Shown here in pieces: positions 1-10,069 of a stretch of DNA of 64,000 bases. The translations under genes were made by a program, and so were the position numbers. The notes under the pieces are model-generated. The model saw only the letters and a program-made list of their open reading frames with translations, did not search any database and was not told the origin of the DNA. The stretch's first letter is position 1; each line of letters starts with the position of its first letter. Source of the DNA: an uncultured delta proteobacterium (lineage in GTDB: Bacteria; Myxococcota; Myxococcia; Myxococcales; Myxococcaceae); NCBI GenBank assembly GCA_963796055.1, contig CAWCKH010000002.1:128001-192000 (forward strand), in the 5' to 3' direction.

Positions 1-29
1 CCCGCGGTTCCGCGCAGCTCAGCTTCTGC

Positions 30-647
30 TCACTTCGCCGGCGGAGCCTTGGGCTTCTTCTTCGCGGGCGGCTTCGGGGCCGCGGGCTGCACGGAGAGCG
101 CCAGCGCCTCCGAGTACTTCGCGGTGATGGTGTCGCCCACCTTCACCTTCTCCCAGCGCTCCGGGTGCTGCATCTTCACCTCGACGGTGTTGCCGCCCGA
201 GCCCTTGATGATGGCGGTCTTCTTCGTCATGTCGATCGCCTCCACCGTCCCGTTCAGGGTGACCGTCCGGGCGATGGCGCCCTCGGGCTTCTTGCCCGCC
301 TCTGCGCGCTCGGTGGCGATCGCCTCGGTGGGCTGCGGCAGTGGCTTGGTCGGATCGGTCTCGGTCACATCGACCGCCAGCGCCTCCTGGTACTGGACGA
401 TGACGTCGTCGCCCACCTTCACCTGGGCCAGGTTGCGGGCCTGGGGTCCCACGGTGAACTCGTGGGTCTGGCCATCGGCGGTCTGCAGCACCACGTGCCG
501 GGTGGCTTGATCGATCTCCTTGACGGTGGCCTTGACCGTCTTGACCTCCTTCCTCGAGTACGAGGCCTTCGGCGCCTTGGCCTCCTGCGCCAGGGCCGGG
601 ATGCTCAGTGCCAGGGCGGCGATGAGCACAGAGTTCTGCAGACGCAT
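30..647 (-). CDS. Secreted protein with two tandem OB-like beta repeats; last gene of the RND operon
   Basis: Signal peptide (ALALSIPALA). Two similar units (VKEID...VKVGDDVIVQYQEALA and VEAID...VKVGDTITAKYSEALA). AAGGAGG RBS; begins 21 bp after the OMF stop. Confidence 0.75.
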   Translation of the reverse strand: MRLQNSVLIAALALSIPALAQEAKAPKASYSRKEVKTVKATVKEIDQATRHVVLQTADGQTHEFTVGPQARNLAQVKVGDDVIVQYQEALAVDVTETDPTKPLPQPTEAIATERAEAGKKPEGAIARTVTLNGTVEAIDMTKKTAIIKGSGGNTVEVKMQHPERWEKVKVGDTITAKYSEALALSVQPAAPKPPAKKKPKAPPAK

Positions 648-668
648 CGTGTACCTCCTTCGTGGGGA

Positions 669-2115
669 CTACTGCGGCTTGGCCGCCGTGGGTTCGACAG
701 GGGCCGGCTCCGGAGGCGGTGGCACTTGCCAGCCGCCGCCGAGGGCACGGTACAGGTTGATGAAGGCCGCGGTGCGCTGGGCGCGGACCGCCGCCAGGTT
801 GAGCTCCGCGGGGAACAGGAGATTCTGCGTGGTGGTCACCTCCAGGTAGCTGGACACTCCCCCGTAGAACCGGTCCACTGCCAGAGCGACCGACTCGGTG
901 AGGTTGGCCACCTCCTCCTCGCGCTGCTGGAGGATGCCGTCAAGCCGCTGAACGTCGTCCAGCGCGTCCGCGACCTCACGGAAGGCGGTGAGCACCGTCT
1001 GCTCGTAGCTGTTCTTCGCCTCCTCCCACTGCGCCGACGCCGCCTCCGCCTGCCCGTGCAGCGCGTCGCCCTGGAGGATGGGGGCGAGCCAGTTTACGCT
1101 CCCTCCCGCGCTCCAGATGAGGGACTTGGAGGGGTTGAAGAGCGTGCTGAGGTCCGCGCTCACGAAGCCGGCCATCGCGGTCAGGCTGAACCGCGGGAAG
1201 AAGTCCGCCTTGGCCACCCCAATCCGGGCATTGGCGGCCACCAGCCGCTGCTCCACGGCCAGCACGTCCGGCCGGCGCTCGAGCAATGTCGAGGGAAGCC
1301 CGGCCGGCACCGGTCCAGTCTGGAGCGTGGGCGTGGCCCTGGAACGCGCGATCGGTCCAGGCGGGCGCCCCAGGAGCAGCGAGAGGAGGTTCTCCTGCCG
1401 CACGATGAGCCGCTCGGTGTCCTGGACCACCGCCTGCGCGTCGTTCACCTGGGCCCGGCCGGTGGTGACCGGGAGCTTGTTCCCCGCCCCGCCCTGCAGC
1501 CGGTCCACGTAGAGCTGCAACGTGCGCTGGTAGTTGCCGACGGTGCGCCTGGCCACGTCCAGCTGGGCGTCGAGCTGACGCATCTGCACGTAGGCGACCG
1601 CCACGTCGGCGACCAGGCTGACCGTGGCGGCCCGCCGGCCCTCCTCGGTGGCGAGGTACTCGGCGACCGCGGCCTCCGTGCCCCGGCGGAATCCGGCCCC
1701 AGACGTCGATCTCCCAGGACAGACCGGCGTCGACCTCGAACACCGCGCTGTGCTTCGGATCCTCGGCGGGCGTGACCAGCGCCCCCCGCCGTCCGTAGCT
1801 GCCCGCGGCATTGACGTCCACCGCCGGGAGGATCTGCGCCTTCTGGATCCGCGCCAGCGCCCGGGCCTGCTCGACCCGGGCCACCGCCGCCCGCAGGTCG
1901 CGGTTGTTCTGCACCGCCTCGGCGACGAGCGACTGCAGCTCGGGATCCTTGAACACCGTCCACCACGGGAGATCGGCGATGGTCGCCGTGTCCTGGGTGG
2001 GCGCCTGGTCGCGGAAGCTGGCCGGCGTGGGCACCACCGGACGCTGGTAGTCCGGGCCCATCAGGCAGCCGGTGCTGGCCAGCGCCATCGTCGCCACGAC
2101 CAGCGCTCTCTTCAC
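669..2115 (-). CDS. RND outer-membrane factor (NodT/OprM-type lipoprotein), frameshifted near 1691
   Basis: N-terminal half in ORF 976..2115 (LASTGC lipobox, GPDYQRP, SWEIDVWGRI). C-terminal half in ORF 669..1811 (LLERRPDV, LYRALGGGW). One extra base joins the two frames. GTGA overlap with the upstream stop. Confidence 0.9.
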
Positions 2116-5100
2116 GGTTCACCCTGGGCGACGGCGGTCGCCCCTCCTCCGTGGGCCACGGTGGGCGTGGGCTCGGGTCCCTTCTTCCCTCCGACAATCC
2201 GACCCACCATCACGTACAGCACCGGGATGATGAAGACGCCGAGGCCGGTCACCAGCGACATCCCGGCGATCACCGCCGTGCCGAGGATGCGCCGCGAGGC
2301 TGCCCCCGCGCCGGCCGCCGTCCACAGAGGCACGCAGCCGAGGATGAAGGCGAACGAGGTCATGAGGATGGGCCGCAGCCGGAGCTTGGCGCCCTCGAGC
2401 GCAGCGTCCACCAGCGGCTTGCCCTGCTCGTGCTGCATCTTGGCAAACTCGACGATGAGGATGGCGTTCTTCGCCGCCAGGCCGATCAGCATCACCAGGC
2501 CGATCTGCCCGTACACGTCGAAGTCGTAGCGACGCATCATCAGCCCGAGGAACGCTCCGAGGACCGCGATCGGCGTGCTGAGGAGCACGCTGAAGGGCAG
2601 CGACCAGCTCTCGTACAGCGCGGCGAGGATGAGGAAGACGAACAAGAAGCTCATCCCGAATACCGCCAGCGTCCCCCCCTCGGAGGCCTTCTGCTGGAAG
2701 GAGAGGTTGGTCCAGGCAGTGCCCATCTCCGGAGGCAAGGTCTGCGCCGCCACCTCGTCGAACGCCTTCAGCGCTTGCCCGGAGCTGATCCCCGGGGCGG
2801 GCGTCCCGATGACCTCCACCGAACGGTAGAGATTGAAGCGGACCGTGTACTCCGGGCCGCTCACGTTCTTCACCGTGACCAGGGTGGAGAGGGGCACCAT
2901 GTCCCCCTTGCTGTTGCGGACGTAGAAGTCCCGGATGTCCTCGGCCTTCACCCGCGATTCGCCCTCGGACTGGAGGAAGACCTTCCATTGTCTCCCGAAC
3001 CGGGTGAAGTCGTTCACGTAGCTGCCGCCGAGGAAGGCCTGCATCGCCCCGTAGACGTCGGTGAGGGCCACGCCCTGCTTCAGGACCTTGTCCTTGTCCA
3101 CCTCGACGAAGATCTGCGGAACGGCCGGCGAGAAGTTGGCGGTCACCGCCTGGAACTCGGGTCGCTTCCGGACGCCGGCCACGAACTTGCCCACGTTCTG
3201 GGCCAGGAACTCGACCGACCCGCCGCTCCGGTCCTGGATCATCATGTCCGCGCCACCGGCCGTTCCGATGCCCGGGATGGCGGGAGGACCGAAGGCGAGG
3301 ATGCGGGCCTCGGGGATCTGCGAGAAGGCGATGTTGAGCGCGCGGATGATGCCGGCGGCCGACTCGTTCTCGTGCTTGCGCTCGGCCCACTCGTGGAAGG
3401 CGATGAACACCGTCCCGGTGTAGCTGGCGGCAGTGCCGGTGAGGATGTTGTAGCCGCTGATCACGGTGTAGCTCCGGATGCCCGGAGTCTTGGCCATGAT
3501 CTCCTCGATCTTCTTCCCCACCTGCTTGGTCCGCTGCAGGGACGAGGCATCGGGCAGCTGCATGAAGGCCAGCGCGTAGCCCTGGTCCTCGTCGGGGACG
3601 AAGCCCGTAGGGATCCTCGCCCCGAAGACACCCGCCAGCACCGCCGCGCCCGCCAGCAGAGCCAGGGAGAGCACCATCTTCCGGATCATCCGCCCGGTGA
3701 TGCTGACGTATCCCCCGGTCATCCGATCGAACCAGGCGTTGAACTTGCCGCCGAGCCGCGCCACCAGTCCCTGTTTCCCCTCCGTCTTCGGTTTCAGGAG
3801 CAGCGCGGAGAGGGCCGGGCTCAGGGTCAGAGCGTTGAAGGCCGAGATGAGCACCGAGATGGCGATGGTCAGCGCGAACTGCTGGTACAGCCGCCCGGTG
3901 ATGCCGGGGATGAAGGCCACCGGGACGAACACCGCCGAGAGGATGAGGGCGATCCCGATCACCGGTCCCTGCACCTCCTGCATTGCCTTGAGCGTGGCGT
4001 CCTTGGGGGACATGCCGTGGTGGATGTGGAACTCCACCGCCTCCACCACCACGATGGCGTCGTCGACCACCAGGCCGATCGCGAGAATCAGGCCGAAGAG
4101 AGAGAGCGTGTTGAGCGAGAACCCCAGCATCGGGAACACCGCGAAGGTGCCCACCAGCGAGACCGGCACCGCCAGCAGGGGAATCAGGGTCGCGCGCCAG
4201 CTCTGGAGGAAGATGAAGACCACGATGATCACCAGGACCATCGCCTCGAACAGCGTCTTCACGATCTCGTGCATCCCTTCCACGATCGGCAGCGTCGTGT
4301 CGAGGGCCACCTCGTAGTCGAGCCCCTGGGGGAAGCTCTTCTTCAGGCCGGCCATGGTGGCCTTGATGCCGTCGCCGACCTTGAGCGCGTTCGAGCCCGG
4401 GGTCTGGAAGATGGCGATCACCCCGCCGGCCTTCCCGTTGTACCGCCCGTCCTGCTGGTAGTTGAGCGAGCCCAGCTCGATGCGGGCCACGTCCTTCAGT
4501 CGCACCTGCGAACCGTCGGGGTTGGCGCGGACCACGATCTCCCCGAACTCCTCCGGGGTGATCAGCCGGCCTTGCGCGCGAACGGCGTAGGTGAACTTCT
4601 GACCCTCGGGCGCCGGCTCGCCGCCGATCTGCCCGGCGGGGTTCACCACATTCTGCGCTTTGATCGCCGACTGGATCTCGTTGATCGTGAGATTGAGCCG
4701 GGTGAGCGTGTCCGGCCTCACCCAGATCCGCATCGCGTAGTCCGACGAGCCGAAGAGCGTCACGTCCCCCACGCCCGGGACGCGCTTGATCGCGTCGATG
4801 ACGTTGATGGTGGCGTAGTTCCCGAGGAACCGGGAGTCGTAGCGGTTGTCGGGCGAGAACAGCGAGACGATGATCAGCGGGAACGGCAGCTTCTTCTTGA
4901 TCGTGACCCCGTAATTCTTCACCTCCTGGGGCAGGGTCGCCTGGGCCTGGCTGTACCGGTTCTGGACCAGCACGTTGTCGATGTCGACGTTGGTGCCCAG
5001 CGCGAAGGTGACCGTCTGGGTGAGCGTGCCGTCGTTGGCGTTCGTGCTCTGGAGGTAGAGCATGTTGTCCACGCCATTCATCTGCTGCTCGATGGGCGTG

Positions 5101-5288
5101 GCCACCGACTGCTCGATGGTCAGCGCGTCAGCGCCGGTGTAGGTGGTGGTCAGCTGGATCTGCGGCGGGACGATCTCCGGGAACTGGGCGATCGGCAGCC
5201 GCAGCGCCGCCACCGCGCCGCCGATGACCGTGATGATCGCGATGACGATGGCGACGATGGGACGACGGACGAAGACGGCGGAGATCAA
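2112..5288 (-). CDS. HAE1-family multidrug RND permease (AcrB/MexB-like)
   Basis: 1058 aa. RRPIVAIVIAI start, LPIAQFPEIVPP, GLVVDDAIVVVE, AKNAILIVEFA and RLRPILMTSFAF motifs. Confidence 0.97.
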   Translation of the reverse strand: MISAVFVRRPIVAIVIAIITVIGGAVAALRLPIAQFPEIVPPQIQLTTTYTGADALTIEQSVATPIEQQMNGVDNMLYLQSTNANDGTLTQTVTFALGTNVDIDNVLVQNRYSQAQATLPQEVKNYGVTIKKKLPFPLIIVSLFSPDNRYDSRFLGNYATINVIDAIKRVPGVGDVTLFGSSDYAMRIWVRPDTLTRLNLTINEIQSAIKAQNVVNPAGQIGGEPAPEGQKFTYAVRAQGRLITPEEFGEIVVRANPDGSQVRLKDVARIELGSLNYQQDGRYNGKAGGVIAIFQTPGSNALKVGDGIKATMAGLKKSFPQGLDYEVALDTTLPIVEGMHEIVKTLFEAMVLVIIVVFIFLQSWRATLIPLLAVPVSLVGTFAVFPMLGFSLNTLSLFGLILAIGLVVDDAIVVVEAVEFHIHHGMSPKDATLKAMQEVQGPVIGIALILSAVFVPVAFIPGITGRLYQQFALTIAISVLISAFNALTLSPALSALLLKPKTEGKQGLVARLGGKFNAWFDRMTGGYVSITGRMIRKMVLSLALLAGAAVLAGVFGARIPTGFVPDEDQGYALAFMQLPDASSLQRTKQVGKKIEEIMAKTPGIRSYTVISGYNILTGTAASYTGTVFIAFHEWAERKHENESAAGIIRALNIAFSQIPEARILAFGPPAIPGIGTAGGADMMIQDRSGGSVEFLAQNVGKFVAGVRKRPEFQAVTANFSPAVPQIFVEVDKDKVLKQGVALTDVYGAMQAFLGGSYVNDFTRFGRQWKVFLQSEGESRVKAEDIRDFYVRNSKGDMVPLSTLVTVKNVSGPEYTVRFNLYRSVEVIGTPAPGISSGQALKAFDEVAAQTLPPEMGTAWTNLSFQQKASEGGTLAVFGMSFLFVFLILAALYESWSLPFSVLLSTPIAVLGAFLGLMMRRYDFDVYGQIGLVMLIGLAAKNAILIVEFAKMQHEQGKPLVDAALEGAKLRLRPILMTSFAFILGCVPLWTAAGAGAASRRILGTAVIAGMSLVTGLGVFIIPVLYVMVGRIVGGKKGPEPTPTVAHGGGATAVAQGEP

Positions 5289-5291
5289 GGC

Positions 5292-6479
5292 TCAGCTCCC
5301 CGCGTCCGCGGCCGGGCCGCTCCCGGGCTGGGCGCCGTGGGAGGGATCGGGCTTGGCGACGACCTTCTGCCCCTCCGAGACCTTCTGCACCCCCTCGGTG
5401 ATCACCCGCTCACCGGGGTTCACCCCCTTGGTGATCGCCCAGAGCGCCCCGGCCCGGGGGCCCACCTCCACCTTGCGGATCTGCACGGTGTCCTCGGGGG
5501 TCACCACCGCCACGGTGTAGGACCCTTGCAGCTCCTTCACCGCAGCCTCCGGGACCACGATCAGGTCCTTCCCCGCCTCCTGCCGCGGGATACGGACCCG
5601 GGCGTACTGACCGGGGCGCAGGATGCGCTCAGGGTTGGGGAACACCGTCTGGACCTGGATGGTGCCGGTGCCCTTCTCCACCTCACGATTCACCGAGGCG
5701 AACCAGCCCTTGTGGGGGTAGATCGAGCCGTCGGCGAGCATCAGCTCGATGAGCCGTCGCTCGGGCCCGGCATCCAGCGGGTCCAGCTTCTCCAGATCTG
5801 CAATCCGCGAGGCGAATTTCAAGTAGTCCGCCTCGCTGATCGGGAAGACCACCCGCATCGGGTCGAGCTGCGAGACGGTGGTGAGCAGGGTGGGCTCGCC
5901 CTGCCCGACCAGGTTTCCCACCCGGACCAGCGCCGTCCCCGCAACCCCATCCACCGGCGAGCTGATGCGGGTGTACGAGAGGTTCAGCTGCGCCTCGTCC
6001 AGCGCGGCCTTCGCCGAGTCGCGGGACGCCGCGGCGGCCTGCTGCTCCGCCACCGCGTTGTCCAGGTCCTGCTGGCTCACCGCCTGCTTCGCGGCGAGGG
6101 GCCGGTAGCGATCCGCCGTCACCTTCGCCTGCCCGAGCGTCGCCTGCGCCCGGGCGAGCGCGCCCTTGGCCTTGGCCACCGCCGCCTCGTACTCGGCAGG
6201 GTCGATGGTGAAGAGCAGCTGGCCCTTCTTCACGAACGCGCCATCGGCGTAATCCTGGGTCTTGAGGAAGCCCTTCACCCGCGCCCGGATCTCGGCGTTC
6301 ACGTACCCGTCGAGCGTTCCGACGAACTCGGCCGCGAGGCTCAGGTCCTGCTGTACCGCCGGAGTGACCAGCACCGTCGTCGGAGGAATCGGCGGCGGGG
6401 GCTTCTTGCAGCCCACGGACACCAGGAGCGCTCCCAGGGCACCCGCGATGACCGATCCAGTGACGCCTGTCCGCGCCAT
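5292..6479 (-). CDS. RND periplasmic adaptor (membrane fusion protein), lipoprotein
   Basis: LLVSVGC lipobox; EIRARVKG, LNLSYTRISSPVDG and LRPGQYARVR motifs. GGAG RBS before ATG 6479. Confidence 0.95.
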   Translation of the reverse strand: MARTGVTGSVIAGALGALLVSVGCKKPPPPIPPTTVLVTPAVQQDLSLAAEFVGTLDGYVNAEIRARVKGFLKTQDYADGAFVKKGQLLFTIDPAEYEAAVAKAKGALARAQATLGQAKVTADRYRPLAAKQAVSQQDLDNAVAEQQAAAASRDSAKAALDEAQLNLSYTRISSPVDGVAGTALVRVGNLVGQGEPTLLTTVSQLDPMRVVFPISEADYLKFASRIADLEKLDPLDAGPERRLIELMLADGSIYPHKGWFASVNREVEKGTGTIQVQTVFPNPERILRPGQYARVRIPRQEAGKDLIVVPEAAVKELQGSYTVAVVTPEDTVQIRKVEVGPRAGALWAITKGVNPGERVITEGVQKVSEGQKVVAKPDPSHGAQPGSGPAADAGS

Positions 6480-6570
6480 GCTCCCTCCCTCGGTGGAATC
6501 TATCGAACGTCGAGTTATCGACATCCCCTGGGTCCTGTCGAGTCCGGCGTGAGGGGAATCGACTGAGCGT

Positions 6571-7302
6571 TCAGCGGCCCGGAGCGGCGGTTGGTGTGTC
6601 CACGACCGGCGGGGTGTAGTCCGCGGCGGTGAGGGCGATCTCGATGCGCCGGTTCTGGCTCCGTCCGGCCTCCGTCTCATTGGGGGCGAGCGGCCGGTAC
6701 TGGGAGAACCCCGCCGCGCCCAGCATCTTCGGGTCCACTCCCTGGGACTGGAGGTAGCGGACGACGCTCACCGCTCGGGCGGTGGAGAGGTCCCAGTTGT
6801 CCTTGAAGGCCGATCTGGGGTTGGTGGGCACGCTGTCCGTGTACCCGGCCACCACCACCACCTTGTCCTTGAGCGTCTGGAAGGCGTGGGCGACCGCGTC
6901 CAGCGCGTCACGACCCTGCTTGTTGATGGCCGCCGAGCCCGAGGAGAAGACCACCTTGTCCTTGAGCTTCACGGTCATCTTGCCGCGCAGCTCGGTGATC
7001 TCCACCTGGCCGCTGTCGATCTGCTGCTTCAGCGATCCGGCCAGCTCCTCGTACTGCTTGCTCTTCGCCTCGAGCGCACCCTTCTCCTCGGTGAGCTGGG
7101 CGGTGGACTTGGTCAGGGCGTCGTTCTGGGCCTGGAGGTCCGTGACCTTCTTTTCCAGCGCGGCGGTCTTGGCCGTCTCGTCCTGGTACTGCTTCTTGTA
7201 GTTGGCGGCATCGCGCTGGGCCGCGGCGAACTCGTCCTTCGAAGGACCGCACGCTGCGACGAGCAAGGCGATCCCCACTGCACCGATGATGCGGTTCGAC
7301 AT
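6571..7302 (-). CDS. OmpA/MotB-domain lipoprotein with N-terminal coiled coil
   Basis: LLVAAC lipobox, heptad-rich segment, then GYTD, NWDLSTARAVSV and NRRIEI peptidoglycan-binding motifs. Confidence 0.9.
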   Translation of the reverse strand: MSNRIIGAVGIALLVAACGPSKDEFAAAQRDAANYKKQYQDETAKTAALEKKVTDLQAQNDALTKSTAQLTEEKGALEAKSKQYEELAGSLKQQIDSGQVEITELRGKMTVKLKDKVVFSSGSAAINKQGRDALDAVAHAFQTLKDKVVVVAGYTDSVPTNPRSAFKDNWDLSTARAVSVVRYLQSQGVDPKMLGAAGFSQYRPLAPNETEAGRSQNRRIEIALTAADYTPPVVDTPTAAPGR

Positions 7303-7401
7303 GGATCCTCCGTTCCGCGCAAGTCGTCGCGCTTCCAGGGGATTCCCGCAATGAGACCAAGGTCCAAGACCCGGGGGCCCGGGGGTGCTCCGGACAGAGG
7401 T

Positions 7402-8133
7402 CTATCGGCGTGCGGCAGCGACCATGGCCGGTGCGGCCGCCCGGGGCGTTGCCACCAGCCCGTAGACGAGGGCCCCGAGCGCGCCTCCGATGAGCGGGGC
7501 CACCCAGAACATCCACAGCTGCTCGAGCGCCCACCCACCGACCACCAGCGCCGGTCCGGTGCTCCGCGCGGGATTGACCGAGGTATTGGTGACCGGGATG
7601 GAAACGAGGTGGATGAGCGTCAGGCAGAGCCCGATGGCGATCGGCGCGAGACCCTTCGGTGCACGCTCGTCGGTGGCGCCCATGATCACGAAGAGGAACA
7701 TGCCAGTCATCACCACCTCGGTGAGGAAGCCGGCGCCCATCGAGTACTGCCCGGGCGAATGGGCCCCGTACCCGTTGCTGGCCATGCCGCCGGCGGTGCT
7801 GAACCCCGCCTTGCCGCTGGCGATGACGTACAGCGTCCCCGCGGCGATGACCGCGCCCACCACCTGGGCCACGATGTACGCTGGGAGCTCGGAGGCCTTG
7901 AAGCGGCCGCCCACCGTCAGCCCCACCGACACCGCCGGGTTCAGGTGACAGCCCGAGATGTGGCCGATGGCGAAGGCCATGGTCAGCACCGTCAGCCCGA
8001 AGGCCAGCGCCACCCCCAGCAGCCCGATGCCCACGCCCGGGAAGGCGGCGGCGAGCACCGCGCTGCCGCACCCTCCGAGGACGAGCCAGAACGTCCCGAT
8101 CAGCTCCGCCGTTGCCCGTTGCCAGAGTGGCAT
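7402..8133 (-). CDS. aqpZ: Aquaporin Z
   Basis: [12 protein letters not shown] and [13 protein letters not shown] boxes; [19 protein letters not shown]-terminus. Confidence 0.97.
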   Translation of the reverse strand: MPLWQRATAELIGTFWLVLGGCGSAVLAAAFPGVGIGLLGVALAFGLTVLTMAFAIGHISGCHLNPAVSVGLTVGGRFKASELPAYIVAQVVGAVIAAGTLYVIASGKAGFSTAGGMASNGYGAHSPGQYSMGAGFLTEVVMTGMFLFVIMGATDERAPKGLAPIAIGLCLTLIHLVSIPVTNTSVNPARSTGPALVVGGWALEQLWMFWVAPLIGGALGALVYGLVATPRAAAPAMVAAARR

Positions 8134-8215
8134 GCTGCACCCCCAGGGAAGGATTGCGGGGCGTGTAGCACGCTGCCTCGGCAGCAGTCACAGAAGAACT
8201 TGTTGCCCCGAAGCC

Positions 8216-8725
8216 CTATGCACCTCGGTGCGGGGAGGGCGGCACACCGGGCGCGGGAGGCCCGGAGCCAGGCCGACGCCTGCGGACGGACAGCAGCTTC
8301 TCCACCTCCGCGACCACCTCGCCGTCGGGGCCGACGATCTGGGCGACGAAGACCGGCTCGACCTTCCCCCCGGCATCCACCGCGCGGCGGATCTCCTCCA
8401 CCCGCTCCTCGGGAATCTCGAAGCGCGCGCGCACCGTGCCGCGACCGGGCTTACGGAAGTGGATGGTGCCACGTTTGTCCCAGACCACGTACCCGGGCCC
8501 GAGCCGCTCGATGAGCACCACCATGAACCAGGGGTCGGCCATGGCGAACAGCGCGCCCCCGAAGTGCGTACCGACGTAATTCCGGTTCCACGGCCGGAGC
8601 GCCATCTGCACCTCGATGCTCCGGAGGTCCGACGCCACGTGCGTCACCCGGATCCCCGACGTGAGATATGGGCCCCATAGCCCGGCGAGGTGCCTGAGCA
8701 GCCGCGCCTTCCACCGGATGTCCAT
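8216..8725 (-). CDS. Hot-dog fold thioesterase-like protein (DUF4442)
   Basis: WNRNYVGTHFGGALFAMADP and YVVWDK...IHFRKPGRG motifs. Start position uncertain. Confidence 0.85.
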   Translation of the reverse strand: MDIRWKARLLRHLAGLWGPYLTSGIRVTHVASDLRSIEVQMALRPWNRNYVGTHFGGALFAMADPWFMVVLIERLGPGYVVWDKRGTIHFRKPGRGTVRARFEIPEERVEEIRRAVDAGGKVEPVFVAQIVGPDGEVVAEVEKLLSVRRRRPGSGPPAPGVPPSPHRGA

Positions 8726-9008
8726 GCAGGTCGTCTCCGGGACTGCGGGTCCGGTGATCACGTGCCACGGGTGACCGTTTGTTCAGCCTCCGGGGCGACG
8801 TTCCCTGCCTTAACAAATTCGCCGGGCCGGGCTAAGCGACGAAGACGTGGAGCGGAGGTGCGGCTTCGTCCGTGGGCCAGACCGAAGGTGCGCTCCAGAA
8901 GCCGTTCGACCTGGCCGACTACCTCATCGCGGTGAGGCGACTGCTCGATCGCTGGGCGCCTCCGAGAGCGCGCGCGTAGCACGGGCGCCGGCTGTACAGT
9001 CAGGCTCG

Positions 9009-9503
9009 ATGGACGAGCTGAGAGGCGAGCCCGGAGCCAGTCCGCCCGAGAGCAGCGAGTTCGCGCGGGAGTGGAGCGAGATCCTGAACGAGATCCGGGT
9101 CGCGCTCCCCGGGGTCCAGCTGCTCTTCGGGTTCCTCCTGGCCGCACCGTTCACCGATGCCTTCCGGGCGATGAGCGAGGTCATCCGCTACGGCTACTTC
9201 ACCTGCTTTCTGACCACCACCGCCTCCTGCGCCTTCCTCATCGCGCCGTCGGTGTACCACCGGCTTCACTGGCGCCGGGACGTGCGAGACAAGGAGTTGA
9301 TGCTCCGCGCCTGCAACCGGCTGGCGATCGCAGGGGTGGTATTGCTCGCGCTGGCAATGACCAGCGCGGTCTACGTCCTCAGCCTGGTCATCGCTGGAAG
9401 GGCCGCCGCCGTGACAATCACCATCGCCGCCGGCCTCCTCTTCGCAGCGCTGTGGTTCGCCTTTCCGTTCCTGCGCCGCAGCGCCGAGCGGCAGCGGAGC
9501 TAG
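9009..9503 (+). CDS. DUF6328 family membrane protein
   Basis: EILNEIRVALPGVQLLFGFLL and LIAPSVYHR; four hydrophobic segments. Confidence 0.85.
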   Translation: MDELRGEPGASPPESSEFAREWSEILNEIRVALPGVQLLFGFLLAAPFTDAFRAMSEVIRYGYFTCFLTTTASCAFLIAPSVYHRLHWRRDVRDKELMLRACNRLAIAGVVLLALAMTSAVYVLSLVIAGRAAAVTITIAAGLLFAALWFAFPFLRRSAERQRS

Positions 9504-9682
9504 CGATCGTCCGCGCAAGGTCTGCGCGTGGCACTCGCCGGACCGGGCTTGCGTGCGCGACCTGCCTCGCTACCTCGCGGATTTCAGGAGCGATCCTCCC
9601 GGCACGACCGATGCTCGCCTCGCGCGTCAGGAGGACATGACCGATGCGCGCACCGGCGAGTCATCTGTTCCCTGTTCGGACC

Positions 9683-10045
9683 ATGCTGCCCCGCCTCCTC
9701 GTCCACGGCCTGGCGGCCTGGGCGCTCGGCGCGGTGCTCCTCGGGATCCTGGTCTCGACCGTTCAGCTCACGGTGGCGAGCGCGCTCTTCACCTTTGGCG
9801 CACCCGCGCTGGCCGCCCCGGTTGCCGCGCACTACTTTCGGCGCGGCCAGGCCGGGGAACCGTTGACCGCCGCGATCGGGTTCACCGCGGTGGCTGCCGC
9901 CCTCGACCTGCTGCTCAGCATCGCGGTGCACGGGCAGAGGGAGCTGATGCACCCGGCCTTCGGGTTCGGGCTGTCGCTGGTCCTCATCTTCGGAACGACC
10001 GGCTTCGTGGGAGAGGTCATCTCCGAGGCCGACCGGAAATCCTAG
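9683..10045 (+). CDS. Hypothetical small membrane protein
   Basis: About four hydrophobic helices; stop lies 24 bp before the hydrolase. Start uncertain (9644 or 9683). Confidence 0.6.
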   Translation: MLPRLLVHGLAAWALGAVLLGILVSTVQLTVASALFTFGAPALAAPVAAHYFRRGQAGEPLTAAIGFTAVAAALDLLLSIAVHGQRELMHPAFGFGLSLVLIFGTTGFVGEVISEADRKS

Positions 10046-10069
10046 GCAGCCTGGCAAGCGATCGAGCAC

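Noticed and set aside
2151..6566. 1471-aa plus-strand ORF and similar long antisense ORFs across the window
   Set aside because: These are shadows of real genes in high-GC DNA, with no motifs and Arg/Gly/His-biased composition.
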